Shown here piece after piece: positions 33,410-41,333 of a stretch of DNA of 41,333 nucleotides; positions within the stretch are counted from its first letter, which is position 1; each line of letters starts with the position of its first letter. Position numbers and translations under genes: made by a program. The DNA lies in assembly GCF_001194135.2 (NCBI RefSeq), contig NC_068985.1, positions 97,565,477-97,606,809 on the forward strand, written 5' to 3'. This DNA is from Octopus bimaculoides (Eukaryota). The notes below the pieces were generated by a model, which ran no database searches, was not told where the DNA came from, and saw only the letters and a list, made by a program, of their open reading frames with translations.

Positions 33410-33686
33410 TTGTCAAATTTTGGCACAAGGCCAGCAATTTCGAAGGAGAGGGCAAGTCGATTACAGAGGGCAAGTCGATTACAGAGGGCAAGTCGATTAC
33501 AGAGGGCAAGTCGATTACAGAGGGCAAGTCGATCTTAGAGCTTAACTGGTGCTTACTTTATCGATCTCGAGGCTATGAAAGGCAAGTCGACCTCGGTGGA
33601 ATTTGAACTCAGAACGTGAAGTCGGAAGAAATGCCGCTTAACATTTTTTCCAACACAGTAGTGATTCTACCGGCTTGGCACCTTAC
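33410..33686 (-). mobile_element. SINE family A containing an internal 18-bp minisatellite
   Basis: Tail aaattttggcacaaggccagc, B-box aatttgaactc, degenerate head; tandem array at 33447-33533. Confidence 0.85.
33447..33533. repeat. Perfect 18-bp minisatellite (agagggcaagtcgattac) x4.8
   Basis: Units start at 33447, 33465, 33483, 33501 and 33519 (last one partial). Confidence 0.97.
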
Positions 33687-33740
33687 AATAGAGGTAATAT
33701 TTGCTATACGTAAGGGATTATGCTGCCTTTAGGACTTATA

Positions 33741-33772
33741 GGCGCAGGCGTGGCTGTGTGGTAAGAAGCTTG
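33741..33772 (+). mobile_element. SINE family B head fragment (A-box only)
   Basis: ggcgcaggcgtggctgtgtggtaagaagcttg matches the B head, then breaks off into LINE-like sequence. Confidence 0.75.
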
Positions 33773-33789
33773 TGTGCAACACACGTGTT

Positions 33790-34465
33790 TTTTTTAGCTG
33801 TCTTAGCGGTGAGACGTCTTTCCTCTTGTGTAATGGAGGAACGTTGTGTCATGAGTTGCGGGAATTTGAGTTCTTCTTCAAGCTTTGTGTCGTCTGAGGA
33901 AGAAATGGTAAAATATTTAAAAAGAATAGACTAGGAAATGGAAACAAAGAGTTATGCTGCAGCAGCAAAAGGAGAAATTGAAGACATATGTCTAGAAGAT
34001 TTGAGCAGGTTCAAGGAAATACTCAAAAGGAAGGAGAACGATGTGAAGGTGTTCCCCACCAAAGAAGTGTTAAAAAATATAAACGAGAGGACGATTTTTT
34101 TATAGGACATACGCGGTGGGAACAAGGAAAATAGAAGTAGTGTCAGTCGCCCAAGTGGAAAAGGCGTTAGGACCAGTCTGGCAAGGGATTTCATGCCTTG
34201 CTAGGGGAAGAAAGTACGGAACGGTGGATGAGTTGTTTCGAGAGATAGCTATCACCAGACTGCACACAGCTACACCGTTAAAAACTGAAGAAGTGGTGCT
34301 TCTACCTGTATACCTTGGAAGGCGTGCTTCCAGGATTAGGGTAGAAGACGTACCCTCAGAAGTGAATGTAGCCTGGCTGGTAGCTGCCATACGGAAACTG
34401 GCAAGGGCAGAGCCTGGACATAGGAGTACAGGTTGCTCCGGAAGATATTGAAAGCAATTGACGAA
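33790..34465 (+). mobile_element. 5' end of an L1/Tx1-like LINE: 5' UTR plus disrupted ORF1
   Basis: METKSYAAAAKGEIEDICLEDLSRFKEILKRKENDVKVF (from about 33938), frameshift, then VEKALGPVWQGISCLARGRKYGTV...LLPVYLGRRASRIRVEDVPSEVNVAWLVAAI; the N-terminal SYAAA and RRM-like segment are typical of L1/Tx1 ORF1. No ORF2 follows. Confidence 0.55.
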
Positions 34466-35338
34466 TTAGAATTAGTGCATATTTATTGTGGGCATTATAA
34501 CCGTCCCGAGATACATTATTGTCTCTAACCTGAAAGAGTGAGCAGAAAAGTTGATCTCCACAGGATTTGAAATTAGAGAGCAGATTGCTAGAACAAGTAC
34601 CGCAGGATATTTTATTCTATTCTTTATTGACTCTCACCATCTCTATGCCATGTTAGATCGTCTACAGAAATCTAAACCACTCATGTTTTGATATATATAA
34701 TCCCAGAGATTAAAGGTTTCACTTTCTTGTAGCTATTTTTTGTTTCTCTAAATCATTTTTGTTGAATAAGTTTTTCTTTCAAAATGTGACATGATTTATC
34801 CGTCAAAAAGGATTACTTTAACCGAAAATCTTTGCACCATTCTCCAGTTTACGCGACAGATCTTCTTTTTAATTTCACTCAGAATGTTATGCATTTGTCT
34901 TTACATCTGGGTGTCAAATGAAATGTCGTCTTTTAATTTACAATTTACAAGAGTTCTTTTGTTTGTTCCAAATTCTTGAGATACTATTCCTTTCAGTTTT
35001 GGATACTTTGAAGGTGTAATTCTTCTGTAAGTCCAGCAATTTATTAAATGATATCTTGGTGATGCTGTAAGACACTGAATTGATCTTAAATCCCTTTTCC
35101 TTTATTTTCTTTTGAGATACAGTCTGCAAATACCGTTATTTCAATGAGAGATACGAGTCAAATAAAAAAAACCTCACGGAAATTAATTTTATCCCGGATA
35201 AACCTTGATTGATTATACCTATGACCAAGGACGGTCCAGCCTTGACTATTCCAACTTTCTTCCTATTATTTTCTTTGAAAGTTAGTAGGGTATGATTTGA
35301 AAAAGATTTGGTGGTTATTTCTAGTAAGCTGAGCGACC

Positions 35339-35353
35339 ACATGGCGGCCATCT
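35339..35353. promoter_or_regulatory. Overlapping back-to-back YY1-like motifs (ACATGGCGGCCATCT), candidate TSS-proximal element
   Basis: Reads ATGGCGGCC on the + strand and GAGATGGCCGCC on the - strand; a GC island in AT-rich non-repeat DNA. Confidence 0.35.
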
Positions 35354-35645
35354 CGTGGGATTTTATGTCAATGGAGCAAATATCCTTTGTAATTTAATAT
35401 AAAATTTTGATTCATGGTGCCAGTGCTGTCACTTTGAATGTAAGATATTACCATTTAATGCTTTATAATATATTGCATGATGAAATATTTCCTTTAAGAG
35501 TCGTGTAACATTTCTGCCTTAGGTCAGTGTACTATTGTATGGTTACATAAATACCAAGGTATTTGTTGCATTCCTTGTTTGAAACGTGGAAGACAGAGAG
35601 GTTATTCTTGCTGATGTTCTTGTTGGTGTCAATTTGGAAAGTACA

Positions 35646-35653
35646 TATGTATG

Positions 35654-35687
<34 letters not shown>

Positions 35688-35749
35688 TGTATGTATGTAT
35701 GTATATATGTATGTATGTATGCATGTATGTATGTATGTATGTATGTATG

Positions 35750-35783
<34 letters not shown>

Positions 35784-36689
35784 TGCATGTATGTATGTAT
35801 GTATGTATGTATGTATGCATGTATGTATGTATGTATGTATGTATATATGTATGCATGTATGTATGTATGTATGTATNNNNNNNNNNNNNNNNNNNNNNNN
35901 NNNNNNNNNNNNNNNNNNNNNNNNNNNNNNNNNNNNNNNNNNNNNNNNNNNNNNNNNNNNNNNNNNNNNNNNNNNNNNNNNNNNNNNNNNNNNNNNNNNN
36001 NNNNNNNNNNNNNNNNNNNNNNNNNNNNNNNNNNNNNNNNNNNNNNNNNNNNNNNNNNNNNNNNNNNNNNNNNNNNNNNNNNNNNNNNNNNNNNNNNNNN
36101 NNNNNNNNNNNNNNNNNNNNNNNNNNNNNNNNNNNNNNNNNNNNNNNNNNNNNNNNNNNNNNNNNNNNNNNNNNNNNNNNNNNNNNNNNNNNNNNNNNNN
36201 NNNNNNNNNNNNNNNNNNNNNNNNNNNNNNNNNNNNNNNNNNNNNNNNNNNNNNNNNNNNNNNNNNNNNNNNNNNNNNNNNNNNNNNNNNNNNNNNNNNN
36301 NNNNNNNNNNNNNNNNNNNNNNNNNNNNNNNNNNNNNNNNNNNNNNNNNNNNNNNNNNNNNNNNNNNNNNNNNNNNNNNNNNNNNNNNNNNNNNNNNNNN
36401 NNNNNNNNNNNNNNNNNNNNNNNNNNNNNNNNNNNNNNNNNNNNNNNNNNNNNNNNNNNNNNNNNNNNNNNNNNNNNNNNNNNNNNNNNNNNNNNNNNNN
36501 NNNNNNNNNNNNNNNNNNNNNNNNNNNNNNNNNNNNNNNNNNNNNNNNNNNNNNNNNNNNNNNNNNNNNNNNNNNNNNNNNNNNNNNNNNNNNNNNNNNN
36601 NNNNNNNNNNNNNNNNNAAACGTGGAAGACAGAGAGGTTATTCTTGCTGATGTTCTTGTTGGTGTCAATTTGGAAAGTACATATGTATG

Positions 36690-36723
<34 letters not shown>

Positions 36724-36778
36724 TGTATGTATGTATGTATATATGTATGTATGTATGCATGTATGTATGTATGTATAT
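35646..36778. repeat. Long (TATG)n array around a gap, with the flank duplicated across the gap
   Basis: (TATG)n at 35646-35876 and 36683-36778; unique flank aaacgtggaagacagag...ggaaagtac repeated at 35582 and 36618. Confidence 0.95.
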
Positions 36779-36902
36779 GAATTATGTAAGCACGTACATA
36801 TGTATAAATATTATGTACGGACATGTGTATAAATTTAACGAATACATACATACATGCACATATATATACAGTCATATATACATATATTTATATACATGCA
36901 TT

Positions 36903-36907
<5 letters not shown>

Positions 36908-36944
<37 letters not shown>

Positions 36945-36959
36945 TATGTGTGTGTATGT

Positions 36960-36998
<39 letters not shown>
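36908..36998. repeat. (TG)n microsatellite
   Basis: Direct reading. Confidence 0.97.
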
Positions 36999-37001
<3 letters not shown>

Positions 37002-37435
37002 CAAGTCCCTTTGAGTGCCACTCCGTTATTTTCTGAAGTGTGTGTCGTTATTCGTTTACATTGTTTTCTCATACTAGTTTTGAAAAACATAAACAAGACT
37101 TGACGAATGAATAACAGAACTCTAGAGCCTCAAAACTGTGCCCACATTAAATTACGTACACTTTGAATCCGGTTGGATCTAGTTTGGTAGACTTGAAATG
37201 CTCTTCTACTGATATATGTACTCCAGAACAATCTGTTACTCGATCGGATTGACTGCAACCATAAACGGTCCTTCCAGCACCCAATTGTACAAAACTAGAG
37301 CTGTCAAAAAGACGGATAAATCCAGTTTTGGGTCAGCAATTGTCTTGCACTAATATACTTATCTAGGTCTGTCATGAGCGCTTGGATTCATAAAACTGAA
37401 ACTAAGTCAGGTTTTCATGGCGCATCCTGGCCTGG

Positions 37436-37655
37436 CCTTCCGTCGTTTACGACGACAAGTGTTCCAGTTGATTCCATCAACGGTACAGCCTGCTCATGAA
37501 ATTAATATGCAAGTGGTTGCGAACTCCGCAAACATGGGGACTCTTAACTTAATTCTTAGGGAGATTCAGCGTAACACAGAATGTGATAAGGCTGGCCCTT
37601 TTGAATTACAGGTACTGTTCATTTTTGCCAGCTGAATACACTGTGTAGGAAAACT
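37436..37655 (-). mobile_element. SINE family C (tail type 2), 3' part and core
   Basis: ccgtcgtttacgacg...gataaggctggcccttttgaattacaggtac...catttttgccagctga. Confidence 0.8.
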
Positions 37656-37722
37656 GCTGTAGGTATTAGCTTTAAGGAGGTTTTCGACAGACTGGATTTC
37701 AGACGATGAAATGAGATTGAAA

Positions 37723-37763
37723 GGGAGAGAGAGAGAGGGGGGAGAGAGAGGGAGAGAGAGGGA

Positions 37764-37808
<45 letters not shown>
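37723..37808. repeat. (GA)n microsatellite
   Basis: Direct reading. Confidence 0.97.
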
Positions 37809-37810
<2 letters not shown>

Positions 37811-38997
37811 GAGACGGAAGGACTGATATATCCTCGCTTAACCCTGATCCATGAAGGGTTTTTTTAACAGTGGCTGGAAGAAGGTACAAGTCACCTTTGC
37901 TACTCGAGCTATCTCCTTGCCAACACCACCATAGTGTTTCATTGCATTGGTATCTTTGTGTGCAATGTAGATCATGCATTTTGGGTCTCAGAGTTATTGT
38001 TTATCGTAGTGGCGGTCGAGATATCATGTGTATCTACGAACGCGAAATCTAACACTTTCATAGTTTTCCCGCTCGTGAGAGCAGGCGGTAGGTGCAACAT
38101 AAGCGGTATCCGTCGCTAACCATCCGTTGCCCTCGCAGTTGCGTTCTCTCTTATTGCTTCTTTCTCAGAAGCTACAGTGATTAAAGGACCTATAACTGAG
38201 GTAGACAGCCATCATTAAATTTGACGGACAGCAATAAACATATAAATATATACGTAAATATACAAAGATACGTAAGATATAATTACCAAGTGTTTTAGCA
38301 CTGTTCACATGTCCTTGTTATCCTAAGAACTCTAAGGTGCTCTTTTTGCACCTTAGTTTTCCTAATGAAGTTATATTATCAACAATGGCGGAAGTATCGA
38401 TCCTTGAAAGTGTACTAAAAAAGACTTATATGTACACTTGAGGACCAGTGATGGATTTAGCGAGGAAGATACCTGAAATAGATGCATCTATAAACATTTT
38501 ATTCTCATCTTGGGTAAAGAAATATATTTAATTTCCCACATACATGCATTTCCGTACAAATGATACACATCCATACGTATAGATACATTCAGACACATAT
38601 AGACATAGTCTTACGTATGTATGCTAAAACATCTTTACCAGTTTGTGTGTATGCGTAAAAGCTGTATATGTATATATGTGCTAAAGTTTACATGTATGTA
38701 TTGGCATATATCTATGTATGTATGTGTATGTGTGACATTCCTACACAGGCTCGACTATAGCCATAAACAGGAAGTAACATTTACTTAATGTATTAGAATG
38801 ATTAGAGTGCAAACGGAAAATATCAAAACCTCGATTGAAAAACATTTGGTGCGGAAAAGTCTTTTTATGTTGTCGTACTTCCTTTAGCTGCCTCCTGTGT
38901 TTGCTGACCGTAACTTTCTCACGATGACTGGTTTAGGATAGGATTAAACCTGGGATATGTCATTTTCCACGTTTCCTACTATCGCTATTCCATTCAG

Positions 38998-39445
38998 TTT
39001 CTTCCTCATGCGAAGGATGTAATAAGGATAGAGCGTCCTTCTCGAACCCCATGGATTCGTATGGTTCGGTTCCCCGGTTTTCGTGGCGTATATATTTACC
39101 ACCTGGACGGAACGCCGGTCAGTCACAAGATTACTCATTTTGGCCAGCTGAGTGGACTGGAGCAACGTGAAATGAAATGTTTTGCTCAAGAACACAACAC
39201 GTCACCAAGTTCAGTAATCGAAACCACAATCATACGATCAGGAGTCCAACACTTTAGCCACTAAGCCACATGCTTCCACTTTGAAGGATATAGTATCACA
39301 TAATTTATACATTAATGAGGCTATTGTGAAGATTCCAACTAAGTATGTTCATATGACGAGAGGAGGTGTCACAACTGACGTTTTCAAGAAGGCCCTTCTT
39401 CAGGAAGAAATCAATGAAACAATGACTGAGCTATCGAATTTGAAG
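38998..39445 (+). pseudogene. Candidate exon interrupted by a SINE; weak macrodomain resemblance
   Basis: Acceptor ttcctactatcgctattccattcag|, donor AAG|gtgtgc. Removing the SINE plus one TSD copy gives an open phase-0/0 frame FLPHAKDIVSHNLYINEAIVKIPTKYVHMTRGGVTTDVFKKALLQEEINETMTELSNLK. Confidence 0.3.
39022..39282 (-). mobile_element. SINE family C (tail type 1), full length with a probable 10-bp target-site duplication
   Basis: Reverse complement: gtggaagcatgtggcttagtggctaaagtgttggactcc head, ttcttgagcaaaacatttcatttcacgttgctccagtccactcagctgg core; gaaggatgta 39012-39021 / gaaggatata 39283-39292. Confidence 0.85.
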
Positions 39446-39659
39446 GTGTGCTTAAAGAATCGAAATGAGTTGGATTCGGTGCGGAACATATCTGAAATAT
39501 ATGCATTCATGTATCTACAAATGTTTCATTTTGATTTCGAGCATTTTCAACTGGGTGAAGCCCAACAACCAACAGGTGTAAATAGAATTGATTTCTTCGA
39601 GAGAGAAAGCAAAAGGGAATTACGGAAAAAGAACGAGAGTAAAGAAATCAACTCCCGTA

Positions 39660-39950
39660 CTGGACTGGAATTTAATTTATCGACACTAAAACGATAAAAG
39701 ATGAAGTCGACCTTGGAGAGAATTGAACTCAACGGTTCGACAGAAACCATCGATAACAAGTACCAGTTGAGCACTGGGGTCCATGTAATAATGATAATAA
39801 TCCTTTCTACTTATAGGCACAAGGACTGAAATTTGGGAGAGGGAGGCAGTCGATTACATCGACCTCAGTATTCAACTAGTAATTATTTTATCGACCTCGA
39901 AGGGTGATAAGCAAAGTCAACCGTGGCGGAATTTGAACTCAGAACGTTGG
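39660..39950 (-). mobile_element. Cluster of SINE family A fragments (minus 39660-39730, plus about 39750-39790, minus 39795-39950)
   Basis: tttatcgacac...gaagtcgacc; aagtaccagttgagcactggggtc; ggcacaagg...gtcgattacatcgacc...gcggaatttgaactcagaacg. Confidence 0.75.
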
Positions 39951-40039
39951 GCTACATTGTTTTGTCTTGGTATAAAAAGATAGGCTGCAGCAAATATTCT
40001 GCTCAATACCTCAGATTTGCTTGTCACTTGTTTGACCTT

Positions 40040-40470
40040 AACAAGTTGAACATGTCCTTTAGTTGCTGTCAATATGTGCATCTCATATCACGAGCAGAAG
40101 TAGTGGGGGAGCTTCATAGCCATGTGTTGAGAGGAATTTGTAATTATTTGAATAATTCCCCTCTGGAAACATGGGTGTTTTGTTCATCCTTGAAACAAAC
40201 CTTATTCACGGACCTTTTGAGCAGGATGGGCTACTCAACCTGAAGAAAATTCTAACTGGGCTCCTTCTGCAAGGTCATGTGCTGTTTATTTTGATATAAG
40301 ATCACCATGTCACGCACACATGGTTGTGATGCATGTGCCTGATGTACCCTTATCAGGCAGGTAGTCATGATGGGTATACTGGGCTTCGTATATTTTACCT
40401 CGGTGTCACATTGACGGCATGCACTGCTCTTTCACTCAATAATAATAATAGTAGTAGTAGTAGTAGTAGT
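40040..40470 (+). mobile_element. Probable 3' UTR/end of a non-LTR retroelement with an (AAT)n tail
   Basis: Non-coding, relatively GC-balanced segment ending gcatgcactgctctttcactc-(aat)n; recalled as a common octopus repeat end, not verified; single copy in this window. Confidence 0.5.
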
Positions 40471-40477
40471 AAGAAAA

Positions 40478-40498
40478 TGTGTGTGTATGTATATATGT

Positions 40499-40553
<55 letters not shown>

Positions 40554-40563
40554 NNNNNNNNNN

Positions 40564-40616
<53 letters not shown>

Positions 40617-40688
40617 TATATATATATAAACACACACACGCACACACACACATATATGAAGATGCTTGTACACATACGTATATGTATG

Positions 40689-40731
<43 letters not shown>

Positions 40732-40750
40732 CTCCATCTGTCTGTCTGTC
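40478..40750. repeat. Compound (TG)/(CA)/(TA)/(TCTA)n microsatellites with a 10-N gap
   Basis: Direct reading. Confidence 0.95.
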
Positions 40751-41333
40751 TATATGTAAATACAAGCATCTTTCTATCAGTATGTATAACAGTTTATCAT
40801 AATTTCAAATCTTTATACCTGCCTACATTTCGGTTTACCTGTATAGTTTTTATTCATATAAGGAAGAATTTCAACCATGTTTCGTGGTCTGCTACCACAA
40901 CAGCTCCTTTATAGAATCCAGTTAGCTCAATCTTTAACTTGTTAAAGATTTGAAAATTAGAAGATGAATTTAAGCTTTCGCTAATAAATCTGGCATTATA
41001 ACTAATATTGAAAAATATGAATTATGATTAAGAATTTAAGAATTTAAGTATTAAGAAATTAAAAAAAACTAAAATAATGAATTTATAATTATAACTACGT
41101 TATTAATTAACGAATGGGTTAGAACAATATTATGAAGATTAAGAGGGGTTGTATAAAAAGTGGTGGATGCAGAAACCCCAAAAGTAGATAACGAAATGAG
41201 AATAAAAATAACAATAAATCTATAAACAAAATAAATACAAAAACTACAAAAACTTGAAAATTAAACTATATATAAGCAATAAAAGAGTATGGTTATCAGT
41301 ATACGTATGCATATATATATATATATATATATA

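Noticed and set aside
33447-33533. CRISPR-like array
   Set aside because: Contiguous 18-bp units without spacers, inside a eukaryotic SINE; no cas genes.
35582-36740. Apparent direct repeat or LTR pair around the 35877-36617 gap
   Set aside because: An identical unique flank plus (TATG)n on both sides of a gap is the signature of unmerged overlapping contig ends; most likely an assembly artefact.

Overview
AT-rich eukaryotic genomic DNA from a gapped draft assembly: 10 N-runs totalling about 5.3 kb, mostly abutting microsatellites or low-complexity sequence. The three tRNA-head SINE families and the very high (CA)n/(TA)n/(TATG)n/(AAT)n density resemble octopus genomes; this assignment comes from recalled repeat consensus, not a search. 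No host protein-coding gene, rRNA, intact tRNA or CRISPR array can be called with confidence, and most ORFs in the track are microsatellite or gap artefacts. The window is mostly interspersed repeats. These are about 35 SINE copies or fragments (local names A, B, C), three TA-flanked Tc1/mariner-superfamily MITEs (one almost fully palindromic), and an internally deleted Tigger/pogo transposon. There are also LINE remnants: an RTE endonuclease fused directly to its C-terminus, an R4/Dong-like RT fragment, an L1/Tx1-like ORF1 5' end, and an (AAT)n-tailed 3' end. The most interesting signal is a minimal type I hammerhead ribozyme with an intact catalytic core and a 91-nt loop II at 18551-18720. 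It is preceded by a pseudoknot-capable leader, and a second, decayed hammerhead lies on the other strand about 750 bp away. Other leads are an exon-like, macrodomain-resembling frame interrupted by a SINE with a target-site duplication (38998-39445), two promoter-like motif clusters (RFX/ETS/NRF1 near 8.9 kb; double YY1 near 35.35 kb), two diverged local repeat systems (5.15-5.8 kb and 16.8-17.4 kb), and SINE internal microsatellites that appear to act as insertion hotspots. SINE boundaries are approximate (about +/-10 bp).
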